Positions 38,113 to 50,081 of a stretch of DNA of 64,000 nucleotides are shown one piece after another. The position numbers and the translations under genes are program-made. The stretch is from Balanoglossus misakiensis. Lineage: Eukaryota > Animalia > Hemichordata. Below the pieces are notes generated by a model. It saw only the letters and a program-made list of their open reading frames with translations. It was not told the origin of the DNA and did no database searches. The stretch spans positions 3,092,699 through 3,156,698 of the forward strand of contig CM082581.2 of assembly GCA_040954595.2 (NCBI GenBank), read 5' to 3'. The number at the start of each line of letters is the position of its first letter. The stretch's first letter is position 1.

Positions 38113-38739
38113 TAAGTTTTTAAATTACAGAATATAAGTACTTTAAATTTTAGCAAATCAGGACAGTCATTAGAGATTCCAGATGACAATTATGTGTCAG
38201 GCAGTGACCTTAGCAATGACTGACATCTAATGAAAATGTTGGACGTTTTTCCAGATCATACAATGAAGAAATTCCAGGAAAGCGCCAGAAGATTAAAGAA
38301 GCCATCAAAGCCAAATGAAACAGCGAAAAGAAGTTACAGAAACGACAGAATGAAAAGTCATCACTGAAGTGACATTATTTCAAAATTACTTTCTAGTATT
38401 CTTAAGAATTTCATAAAATTTTCATGGAAAGCTGAAATGTGCAATTTTCTATTTTTCTCTTTCTAATTTTTTGTTCCAATTTTTCATGAATTTTTCGTTA
38501 CTTTTTGAAGATTCTTGACGCATGTGTCTAATGTATTTAAAGTTGATATTTAAAATCCTACAGGTAACGTGACCTTGATTTTGTTCGGAGTGTTGTTGAT
38601 ATTTCAGTTTGTATTCATCTTTTGGGGGGAGGGGCAATTTTAAACATTTTAGTTAATAAACCGTAAGTTCATTTGAAAAAAAAGTGAGATTGGTGTATTT
38701 GTGTATATAGACTTGCTTGTGTGAGATGTGTGTGTGTGT

Positions 38740-38910
38740 AGCATTCCTATTGGAGTGCTGTAGGACTGTCCAATAGGACCTGAATAGCATTCCTGTTGGA
38801 TTTGTTGGACTGTCCAATAGGATTATGTTTCAAAAACACGATTGCACATTCCAACAGGAATACTATTGGACAATTTCCTATCGGAATCCTATAGGACTTT
38901 TTTGTAAGGT
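38740..38910. mobile_element. Probable EnSpm/CACTA terminus with subterminal repeats
   Basis: Clustered direct and inverted tcctattgga/tccaatagga units ending in ttttttgtaagg. Confidence 0.5.
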
Positions 38911-39110
38911 AACATCAATTAGAAACCCAGAACCAGATTATAGACGACCAAGGAGACAGACTGGCCGCAAATCTCTGACAAAAAAGAAGTCACAGTGGAA
39001 AATGGATTTACGGAAAGACTTCATGGAACGTGTCTTTGCTGCTGATGACTGAATTCTGTATCTATGAAAACTTCATGGGATCTTAATCTGACGCCAAGTG
39101 GAGCACCGTC

Positions 39111-39114
<4 letters not shown>

Positions 39115-39156
<42 letters not shown>
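39115..39156. repeat. (CA)n microsatellite
   Basis: About 20 CA units. Confidence 0.95.
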
Positions 39157-39157
<1 letters not shown>

Positions 39158-39699
39158 TTGCATGAACGTTACCAAGAAGTAGAGGAAGTGATCAAGAACA
39201 GTAATTATGCCATTTTTGGGTCAAAACCATATCTCTGATAGTGTTGTCAGATTGCTCTGAAATTTGGTAGGCAATTCTAGTGTTGACCTAAAAAGATATA
39301 ATAGTAAAACTTGTACTAATTTCTACATTTGCTAACTACATTGGTCTGCAGTAGGCTTAAAGGGACAAAGTCTCTCTATCGCTGCTCTTTTTTCATTATG
39401 TTTGATACAAGTTATCATTTATGTTATTCTACAGCCATTCCAGCATAGAATTGCACTTGCTCCTCAAAGCTCTGAACTTAATCGAAGGGACATTGAAAAC
39501 TGACTCTTGCTATGCTTAAAACTCAGAGTACACCTCCACAGCAGTCACCTCAAATGGATTTAGATCCATTAGTTTATTTAAAGCCAAAGACTATGCAAGG
39601 TTTGACTTATTTTGACATAGTGGACTATGTGCCCAGTTCTTTGCATGCCAATTAAGATGGACCAACAAGTGTTAGCCTTAATTTTCAGAAGGTAACAGC

Positions 39700-40001
39700 A
39701 AGTTGATTTTGGTGTCAGGCCCTGCCAAACCAAAGTTGAGCTCAATCACTGCTCTGCAGATAGAGATGCCCAAGATTTTTAAAGACGAGAAATATCGGAA
39801 GGCATCAGAGTGGAGGGCCCTGCTGCTTTGCTCGTTGGTAATTTTCCAGGGAATTTTGCCGGTACAATATCTAAGACAGGTTTGTTCTCGTTTTTGGTTT
39901 ATACCAGTTAATGAGTGTGTGACTCAGCGGAAGATTTGTGAGGTGAATGGAAGTTTACGCAAGTTTGTCTTAGAGATTGTATGGTATTCGTCACTGCACA
40001 T
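39700..40001 (+). pseudogene. EnSpm/CACTA transposase fragment
   Basis: YRKASEWRALLLCSLVIFQGILPVQYL resembles the WKASE(F/W)R..LL...L.GIL motif of animal EnSpm transposases. Confidence 0.6.
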
Positions 40002-40005
40002 TTAA

Positions 40006-40450
40006 AGGCACCTGCGCTGTAACTTTTGGCATTATTTCCATTATTTTACATTCAAATGAAAGTTTGTTAATGTAGACATACTTATTGAAGCATACTACTT
40101 AAAGACATATATTGGACCACCGACAAAAATCGCACACGTAACTATGAACAAGTCATATAACAAATTGTTGCGGCAAGCAAATATGGCGGCGTCCATGGCA
40201 GGAGTACACAGAAAATGGAAATCTCGTGCATGTGCAATACATTCTTGAGAAATTGGGTTCCCATACCAGGAAACGCTGGGCTGGGCTGTGACAGATTCGG
40301 CCAAGAAGAGAAGGCAACAACTTAGTAATTTGGACAAACGTAGGTCTGTGATATATATCGGCTTGAGTTAAATGAATAATAATATTTCACACGAACCACA
40401 ATGGGACTTAATTCTATTAAATTCTGATATCACAATTTTTTTTTAATTTT
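40006..40450 (+). mobile_element. Truncated relative of the Kolobok-like MITE at 32882
   Basis: TTAA|AGGCACcTgcGCTGTAACTTTTGGcAT matches the left end at 32882. No right TIR seen; end approximate. Confidence 0.55.
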
Positions 40451-40487
40451 GTCAATAAATATTCGCCTTCAGGAGCGGCTTGTCCAC

Positions 40488-40797
40488 TTTCTATGGAAGT
40501 TACTCTTTACATAAAGTTGGTAAAATATCCCCTAAGAATTTACATTATACATGTTTTCCTTACTTTGATAGGCCAGCTGTTACAAAGATCAGTGGCTGAT
40601 TGAAAAAAAAGTTGCTTGTTATTTGTGTTTTGTACAGACAATTTTCTATGAAAGTTACTCTTTACATAAAGTTGGTAAAATATCCCCTAAGAATTTACAT
40701 TATACATGTTTTCCTTACTGTAATAGGCCAGCTGTTACAATGATCAGTGGCTGATTGAAAAAAAGTTGCTTGTTATTTGTGTTTTGTACAGACAATT
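40488..40797. repeat. 155-bp tandem duplication
   Basis: ttactctttacataaagttgg... at 40500 and 40655, nearly identical. Confidence 0.9.
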
Positions 40798-41074
40798 TAA
40801 GTCTAATATCAATTTCTCTAGCACTGCTTCTAAGGTTGCCATGACACATAACACTTGAGTGGCCTGCAGTTAATTTCTTTTTACATTTCCATACACATGT
40901 AGTTATATCTGTCTACTTCCAAAACTTGAAAAGGCTCCACGTATAACCTGGATATTTGGGGTGTTGATGCACGCCAGGCGGTAGATGGGATTCTTTCTAG
41001 TCTGGAGCGAAGATGAAAGGCGGTGATAATCTTTATTGGCGGAAAGTAGGACAAGTATTACATACATCTGGTTG

Positions 41075-41792
41075 TAAACTTGGGAGAGAAGATTGTAAAC
41101 TGATATTAAGTGAAACTGGAAAGGAAGTGTCACAGCTAGTGCAACTTCTTGAAACAACATACACAATTCCTGACATTCCCTGACAGCACATGCAAGTTGT
41201 CATTCCGAAGCAGATAAAAGAAAAATTCAACCGCCACCATCTACGGATGTGCTGTTTGCCAGCGATATTTTTGTACGAGATCGGCATACAGAAGGCACAT
41301 TCGCTTGTCGCACGGAAACTGCCACATCTACCACTGCCATGAGTGCAAACGGTTGGCCCTGTCAGGAAACAGGATCTGCTATTCAACAGAAGAAGGCACC
41401 CCAAAAGGCCGTGCAAGAAGAGTTTTGAAAGCAGTTGTATAAAACTTGGGAGGGAAGATTGTAAACTGATAAATGAAACTAGAAAGGAAGTGTCACAGCT
41501 GATGCGACTTCCTAGAACATACACAATTCCCCACATTCCCTGGCAGCACAAGCAGGTTGTCCTTCCGAAGCAGAGCATGAAGAAAAAGTCAACCTCCACC
41601 ATCTACGGATGTGCCGTTTGTCAGCGATATTTTTGTACGAGATCGGCGTACAGAAGGCACATTCGCTTGTCACACGGAAACCACCACATCTACCACTGCC
41701 ATCAGTGCAACGGGTTGGCCTTTCTCAGGAAACAGGATCTTCTATTTCACAGAAGAAGAAGGCACCCCAAAAGGACGTTTCAAGAAGTCTAA
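41075..41792 (+). pseudogene. Tandemly duplicated (~366 bp) C2H2 zinc-finger fragment
   Basis: CAVCQRYF...HIRLSH and CHQCNG...HRRRRH in the second copy; first copy has a stop codon. gaagattgtaaactgat at about 41088 and 41454. Confidence 0.7.
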
Positions 41793-41974
41793 GAAGGGGA
41801 AAGAGAGCTCATGAAGAGAGCAACAGCGCTAGAGATCGAATTGTGCTCCAGTGGGGAAGATTTTGAAGGTGACCGATCCGAGAGGAAGCCCTTTATGTGA
41901 TAAACCCCAAAAAGGATGTCTGAATTAGGTCATGTTTTCCCTCAACTTTGGTCATTAACCGCTATCATGCCATG

Positions 41975-43735
41975 TACAGTATTAAAGCTAAGGCCCAGCG
42001 TCTCAACCTTTCAGTGGACATTCAGTGCGAATTATTTGATGTGTTTGTCACACCTATACTTTTGTATGGGGTGTGAAATTTGGGGATATCAAAATCCCAA
42101 ACAAATTAATATGTTCTAGAAAAACTATTTGAAAAATCTTTTAAGGGTCAATTCTGGAACAGCAAATTGTATGGTTTATGGAGAATTGGGAAGAAACAGT
42201 ATGGATATTATCATTGAAAAAACATACGATTAAGTTTTGATACACCTGATATCTTCCAAAGAGAGTAAATTGTCCTGTTCCATATTTAGATTATTGAAGT
42301 CCATGCATGATAACAACAGCTTAAGTCGCCTTGGATTGTAAAAATCATGTCAAGGACACAGTGGTCCCATCGAGTTATTACACAAGAAAAAGTCTACACC
42401 GGAGTACATGGCCATATATAGACAGACAGACAGGCGCACACACATAGCGAGAGATCAATGGGCAAGCACTGACTGACCCATAAGCTGCCAATGGCATATG
42501 TACTGTACATACACTAAATAGAACAGCTGGCCTCTTTAAAACTTAGCCAGTTATGTAATCATTCAGGAATTTGCTGTGTAAATCAATCACACCAGGGAAC
42601 TTCCTGCCTAATTAAAACAACGCAATAAAGTAAATACACACCACTTTGCAAAGCAATCTGACCAGTAGTTCTTGAGTTACTGAGTTTTGACCAAATTCAC
42701 ATTTTTCCAGCTAATTTGCATATTTTTGGCGATGACACCTTCATTTGAACAAACTCCCATCTACAGCCCAGCCTGCATCTGCACACCAAATATCAAGGTG
42801 ATACACGCAGCGGTTTTCAAGTTTTTGATGTGGACGGACATACAGACATACATACATACATACAGACGCAACCGATCCAATAAGGTCCCATGGTATACAC
42901 CAATGGGACCTAAAAATCAAAGTATTCTTGAAAAGTATGGTTTTTTGGCTCCGAAGTGTAAACAGAGGAGTCTGTCAAGTTGGGTAAAAGCTACTACTTC
43001 CGTCCGTCAAACTACTTCCGTCCGTCAAGAATTCATACCATTTTCTAGTAGGGGTGTGTAGCTTTGTTTTTGGCAGTGGTGTGTAGCTTTGAGGAGTTGA
43101 GGAAGAATTGGAACAGTGACAGAAATCGGAACGGATTAGCCAGCAGTGTATTCGCTACCCGCGAGAAAAAAGTTGTGTTTGGGGAGACGATTTTCATACA
43201 AATTAGTCAATACTACATGTACCTTTCTTAACTCAACACACCTGCTAGAATTAGTCTTACTAAATTTCGCTGGGGTAACCACAAGCTTCCTATTTCCAAT
43301 CATTATCAAACTGATACTAGCAATATTTGTACATTGTGTAATACAGGCAAAATTGGCGATATCCAGCTTTAATTAATGAAAGAAAAGAGTATGTGAAAAG
43401 TTACTACTATAGACGACCCAACACTGTCAAGTGCAAGAATCTCTTCAAAAGTTAGAACTTGTATGAACTCTCAAAACTTAGGCAAAATTCACCAATCTCA
43501 TTTTGACCAAGTTTCAGTGTTATTTTTTCTCTGTATTTTATATTTCTCAACTTTTTTTCTGTATATGTCTGTGATTGTACTACAGCTCATTCCTTCTAAA
43601 AAAAGTATTGTAATTGTCTTTTATCAGAACATTTTTAATGTACTTTTTGTTTGGAATATTTTAATGTACATGTACTCTCATACCTCGAAAGGGGTCGTAG
43701 AGGTCAATAAAATCATTAAAATTATTAAATAATCA
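41975..43735 (+). mobile_element. Degenerate 3' fragment of an RTEX-like LINE
   Basis: Frameshifted LFDVFVTPILLYGCEIWG, MVYGELGR and LCNTGKIGD; AATAAA plus A-rich tail near 43708-43735; interrupted by other inserts. Confidence 0.6.
42350..42912 (+). mobile_element. Short Helentron/HINE (pearl-like) element
   Basis: 5' tcaaggacacagtggtcccat, (ACAG)/(ACAT) microsatellites and 3' hairpin ggtcccatggtatacaccaatgggacc-taaaa; same ends as 43914-46934. Confidence 0.7.
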
Positions 43736-43913
43736 ACAGCGAGCGTTCTGAGTAGTTTTGTTGGATTTATTTACAGGTACATATATCAAACCATATCTTC
43801 ACTTAATTGTTGAAATTTGTGCTTGTTACTAGGCTATGATGCTATTTATAGGACACCTGTCTAAAGATAAAGTGGTGCACTTTTTCGTACCCCTTGAGAT
43901 GCAAAAAATAGCG

Positions 43914-46900
43914 TCAAGGACACTGTGGTCCCATTTGAGGATTATGCGGAAATAGTGACACACCAGAATAAAAATTACAGGTGACATTGCAAGCAGATCT
44001 GCAAGCAGCAATATCGGGCCCAAGCCAACATAGCAACATAGCAATCAGCATATCTGCTCTGGATGCCAAGATATGTAAAAGTAGGTCAAAGGTCACCTGT
44101 GGTTATGCAAAATTTGGGCAAGAAATTTTGACCCTATACTGGTCCATGTTCAACAAAAACCAAACCTATGGCCCTATTGGTTAGCCTGGATTAGGTATGC
44201 ACATAATTAATGAGATATGCAGGTGTCACAGGTGACCCCCAATTTTGGCTTTTCAATTTTAGTCCCAACCCCCAAACGCCAAGTCTGTACCTGCTCTGGA
44301 TGCCAAGATATGATAAAGTAGGTCAAAGGTCACCTGAGGTCATGCAAAATTTGGGCAAGAAATTTTGACCTTATACTGGTCTATGTTCAACAAAAACCAA
44401 ACCTATAGCCCTATTGGTTAGCCTGGAATTAGGTATGCACATAATTTATGAGATATGCAGGTGTCACAGGTGACCCCCCAATTTTGGCTTTTCAATTTTA
44501 GTCCCAACCCTCCGAACGCCAAGTCTGTACCTGCTCTGGATGCCAAGAAATGGTAAAGTAGGTCAAAGGTCACCTGAAGTCATGCAAAATTTGGGCAAGA
44601 AATTTTGACCCTATACTGGTCCATGTTCAACAAAAACCAAACATATAGCCCTATTGGTTAGCCTGGAATTAGGTATGCACATAATAAATGAGATATGCAG
44701 GTGTCACAGGTGACCAATATTTTGGCTTTTCAATTTTAGTCCCAACTCTCCAAACGCCAAGTCTGTACCTGCTCTGGATGCTGAGATATAGGAAAGTAGG
44801 TCAAAGGTCACCTGAGGTCACCCAAAATTTGGGCAAGAAATTTTGACCCTATACTGGTCCATGTCCCACAAGAACGAAACCTCTAGCCCTATTAGTTAGC
44901 CAGGAATTAGGTATGCACATAATTAATGTGTTAAGCAGGTGAGCCCAAAATTTTGCCTTTTATTTTGGCCCCATTGTGCTCACTGACCAATAGACAGTCA
45001 CTGTACAGGACTATTGCACAGACCAGAATTCCACAATAAGACGTGGACATAGCTTAACCATAGAGGTATAAGTAAAGGTATAAATTTAATAAAAAGACTA
45101 AAAAATTCATAAAAAATAAAACATCTATGATATTAACTTAACACTTACAGGTCGATGTGAGGTTGACATAAGGTACATGCATACCAATTTTTAAAGCAAT
45201 CTGACGAGTAGTTGTTGACTTTCAGAGTTTTGATAAATTTCACATTTTTCCAGCTAATTTGCATATTTTTGGGCCTGGCAACTTCGTTTGGACAAACTCC
45301 CATCTACAGCCCTGCCTGCACCTACACACCAAATATTGTGGTGATACGCGCAGCGGTTTTCAAGTGGTCCCATTTGAGGATTATGCGGAAACAGTGACAC
45401 ACCAGAATAAAAATTACAGGTGACATTGCAAGCAGATCTGCAAGCAGCAATATCGGGCCCAAGCCAACATAGCAACATAGCAATCAGCATATCTGCTCTG
45501 GATGCCAAGATATGTAAAAGTAGGTCAAAGGTCACCTGTGGTTATGCAAAATTTGGGCAAGAAATTTTGACCCTATACTGGTCCATGTTCAACAAAAACC
45601 AAACCTATGGCCCTATTGGTTAGCCTGGATTAGGTATGCACATAATTAATGAGATATGCAGGTGTCACAGGTGACCCCCAATTTTGGCTTTTCAATTTTA
45701 GTCCCAACCCCCAAACGCCAAGTCTGTACCTGCTCTGGATGCCAAGATATGATAAAGTAGGTCAAAGGTCACCTGAGGTCATGCAAAATTTGGGCAAGAA
45801 ATTTTGACCTTATACTGGTCTATGTTCAACAAAAACCAAACCTATAGCCCTATTGGTTAGCCTGGAATTAGGTATGCACATAATTTATGAGATATGCAGG
45901 TGTCACAGGTGACCCCCCAATTTTGGCTTTTCAATTTTAGTCCCAACCCTCCGAACGCCAAGTCTGTACCTGCTCTGGATGCCAAGAAATGGTAAAGTAG
46001 GTCAAAGGTCACCTGAAGTCATGCAAAATTTGGGCAAGAAATTTTGACCCTATACTGGTCCATGTTCAACAAAAACCAAACATATAGCCCTATTGGTTAG
46101 CCTGGAATTAGGTATGCACATAATAAATGAGATATGCAGGTGTCACAGGTGACCAATATTTTGGCTTTTCAATTTTAGTCCCAACTCTCCAAACGCCAAG
46201 TCTGTACCTGCTCTGGATGCTGAGATATAGGAAAGTAGGTCAAAGGTCACCTGAGGTCACCCAAAATTTGGGCAAGAAATTTTGACCCTATACTGGTCCA
46301 TGTCCCACAAGAACGAAACCTCTAGCCCTATTAGTTAGCCAGGAATTAGGTATGCACATAATTAATGTGTTAAGCAGGTGTTACAGGTGAGCCCAAAATT
46401 TTGCCTTTTATTTTGGCCCCATTGTGCTCACTGACCAATAGACAGTCACTGTACAGGACTATTGCACAGACCAGAATTCCACAATAAGACGTGGACATAG
46501 CTTAACCATAGAGGTATAAGTAAAGGTATAAATTTAATAAAAAGACTAAAAAATTCATAAAAAATAAAACATCTATGATATTAACTTAACACTTACAGGT
46601 CGATGTGAGGTTGACATAAGGTACATGCATACCAATTTTTAAAGCAATCTGACGAGTAGTTGTTGACTTTCAGAGTTTTGATAAATTTCACATTTTTCCA
46701 GCTAATTTGCATATTTTTGGGCCTGGCAACTTCGTTTGGACAAACTCCCATCTACAGCCCTGCCTGCACCTACACACCAAATATTGTGGTGATACGCGCA
46801 GCGGTTTTCAAGTTTTTGATGTGGACGGACATACAGACATACATCCATCCATACATCCATACATACATACATACATACAGACGCAACCGATCCCATAAGG

Positions 46901-46934
46901 TCCCATGGTATATATGCCTATACCAATGGGACCT
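43914..46934 (+). mobile_element. Long Helentron/HINE-like element with 2x4 internal ~240-bp repeats and a 1.44-kb internal duplication
   Basis: Same termini as 42350-42912. ctgctctggatgc units at about 44054, 44291, 44531 and 44769. 43925-45363 is repeated at 45364-46811. Confidence 0.78.
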
Positions 46935-47299
46935 AAAAAGGATTGGTGCAAGAGGGGGGGGGGTCTACATTGATGCGTGTGGGATATGATAAACAAAATA
47001 CTTTTTTTACAAGAAGAAAAATCTACGCCATCTCTCTGCCTGTATGATCTACTACAAGCTCTAATAGAAACATGATTATGAAATAAGCTAGCAAGATTTA
47101 GACTGTATGGAAGAATATCCTGAACTCAACATCATTAAAACCCACACTGTTGCTGAAAAATACTTGTATATGAAAGTTGAAACAGTGATTGTTGCACATG
47201 AGGTATCTGATTATGGCATTAACATAAACAACATAACAAAAAAAAGTTTTGAATGTTACCATGCAATCTGCAACTGCATGAAAAAATTCTCTGTACTGT

Positions 47300-47960
47300 T
47301 AATAAAGTGAAATGCCCGCTCCTAGTTCTGTAAAATGTGTCATACTAAAATGTTATACCATTAGTGAAACTATGACTAATACTAGTAATAAAATGTCATA
47401 CCCTCCCCTTGTTCTGTACTGTTGCTGTTAATAAAACGTTATGACAATCCCTCATTGTACTAATACTTAACTGTAAGTACAATATCATGCACATCCTTTG
47501 CTTTTTAGTAAAATGCCATGCCTTCCCCTAGTTCTGTACTATAACTGTTAGTCTAATGTCATGCCCTCCACTCTCTTTGTACTACAACCCATATTAAAAG
47601 TGCCATGGCCTCCCTGCTTCTCTATATAGTTGTTAATAAAATGTTACTCTCATCCCAAGGGTTGTACTGGTACTTGAACTGTTTGTAGAATGTCTTGCCA
47701 TTTCCTAAGTTATGAACTGAAATGCTCATTCCTAAGCCATGTACTTGGTTCAGTAAAATGTTCTAAAACTGATAATAAAATGCCATGCCCTCCCCTCCCC
47801 AAGTTCCGTACTGTAGGGGTAAATAAAACGCACTATCTTGCCACCCCTAGCTCTTAACATAATAGTATGCCATGCCGAAACCTAGCTCTGTATTGTGACT
47901 TAGAGCTTTAGAGGATCGTACACATCCCAAATAGGCCGAAAATGTCATGCTGTGTACTGA
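47300..47960. repeat. Old degenerate ~60-bp minisatellite
   Basis: Recurring aaaatgccatgccctcccctagttctgtact variants. Confidence 0.75.
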
Positions 47961-49297
47961 CTGATAATAAACTTATTTCATCCCAGCTATGCACTCCAAA
48001 AATGACGTGGCATTAAACACTAGAGGACGTGTACTGATCTGAGTGAATCAGATCCCGTGAGGAGTACGGTGCCCAGAGTACACGTGTCCTATAGTAGAGA
48101 AATGCCAAATGTACTACATCTTCGCCCGCCATTGTCGCCATTGCTCACCGGAAAATAGGAGAGTGTGGTCGAGTGAACACGTGCCCGCGGAAAGTCGTGT
48201 TGCGACCGTCGGTGAGGCGAATTAAGACACAGCGCTAATAATAATGTCTGTAACGACTATCACACCAAAACTCATTTACAGTAAATAAAAAAAAACAGGC
48301 TAAGTTGGAGAAGTCTTTTAACGACGTGTCTTCGTTATCGAGGAGCCATTTGTTTCTGCATAAATTTGCATACCAGAAAGCCACGCCTTCCAGCCTCGTT
48401 CGCGGATGACTTGTTTGTATTTGTCAAAGGCGAGTTAGGCACGTGCTTAGTTTTTTGGGTATCAGTGTAATCGTCCATGTTAACTTATTTGTCTATTACA
48501 TATTTAAATGTCATCTTTCTTATCAAGCCTTGATCTAATTACATTTTTAGTTTCGTAAACACCTCCACGGGTTCACAGAGTTTTGCTTCCAGGATGTCTG
48601 CAGTTGAATACAGCACACAAATGTACTTCTTGCCCTGATGTCAGAGAGCGTAGCAATTAATTACTGATAAGTACATTAAAAATTAAATGGGGGACGAGAT
48701 AAGGGTGAAGCAATAGTAATTCAAATATAATCAAATCTAAAATACATGTGAAATCCTGGTGTGTCCTCATTAAACTAAATTGACGCGCATGAAAGGCTGC
48801 AGTCCATTCGTTAATTCTCTTGATCGTTCTCTCTATTGAACCCAGCAGTCAAATACAAACAGGTAAGCCGGACCGGCCAGGTGCTAACTTGGTCTGACTG
48901 GTACGCTGGAAAGGGAAATCGTCAGACAGCACCATTTTCACGACAAGATGTAAATTATGTTTGTGCTACCGGTGGATGCAATGGTCCTCTGTTTGTATTA
49001 TAGAGCTACTGCCGGTATATTTACGAAATTCGCATAGCAATGCTAGGTTTCGGCTTTACAACCTGAGGCCAGAGTTTGAAGCAACGAGGACTAGGCTGTT
49101 GGTTATTGTGACCTTTCAAATTTTTGGCCAATTGAGAGTATTATTCAGCACACCAAGGGAGAATCTCCAAATCTCTGCCGGAACAGTTGAAAGAGGACAA
49201 AACTATCGCATGTCTCAAATATCCCTGGCAAATTTGGCTGTGGAGACCGGCTGCTTAAATCAGCCAGTCTACCCTGAATGAACAGCTTTCATCAAAA

Positions 49298-50035
49298 TTG
49301 AAACGTCTGGAAAAGAAGTCAAACAGACTTTCAGCGAGTCAGCTGCCAATGGAAACATCGCATCCAACTAATCATCGTTCAACTTCAACAAACCTGCCGT
49401 GTGCATCTACTGATGCCCCAAAGTCAACCGAACATTCGGGTCAACCGAACTCGGGTCAGACGCAAAAAAAACCTGAATGTACCTCAGACCCTGTGAAGCA
49501 AGGGTCGTATGCTGACGCGATAGCGTGTATACCTCCCGCGGAGGACCTGACTGCGACAAAGGAAGATGTGTGCCGTGAGGAAAGGGACGCGGAGGCCATG
49601 AAAGGGGCAGAATCTACTCCACAGGACAACTCCGAGGCTACTACCACACCCGATGCTCGCCACAACGGTCGGCCAAACGCTGAAGGCGGCTTAGAGTTCG
49701 AATTTGTAGGAGTCACCAGTGCCCGGCAAGGGACGCAGCGGATGTACGTCGGCGGTATAAAAGAAAATACAACCCGTGAACAGATCGAGAGACACTTATG
49801 TAAAAACAATGTACAATTTACGATGGTGAGAATCATCTCCAGTAAACGCAAAGGCGCTGTTGCCGCTAAAATCAACGTATCCTTTCACCAGGCTAAGCTT
49901 TTGCTTGAGTCTAGTTTCTGGCCACCAAATGTATTTTGTAGACAGTGGCTAGGTGAACAAAAATTTTCAGAGAGGCAATTAAACCGTACACAACGAAAAA
50001 ACGACTCCACAAATGTTGGTAGAGTCGTTCACTAA
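49298..50035 (+). CDS. LINE ORF1 (C-terminal part, RRM-like domain); probably disrupted upstream
   Basis: MYVGGIKENTTREQIERHL...SFWPPNVFCRQW, typical of CR1/L2-group ORF1 C-termini; directly precedes ORF2. Confidence 0.7.
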   Translation: MKRLEKKSNRLSASQLPMETSHPTNHRSTSTNLPCASTDAPKSTEHSGQPNSGQTQKKPECTSDPVKQGSYADAIACIPPAEDLTATKEDVCREERDAEAMKGAESTPQDNSEATTTPDARHNGRPNAEGGLEFEFVGVTSARQGTQRMYVGGIKENTTREQIERHLCKNNVQFTMVRIISSKRKGAVAAKINVSFHQAKLLLESSFWPPNVFCRQWLGEQKFSERQLNRTQRKNDSTNVGRVVH

Positions 50036-50081
50036 TTTTACTAATTTTATTTTTCTGAATCTGTGAATTTATTGTATTTCA

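Noticed and set aside
43829-46996. Repeated short ORFs (MTLQADLQ..., MTFDLLL..., MLTFRV...)
   Set aside because: By-products of the duplicated non-coding element.
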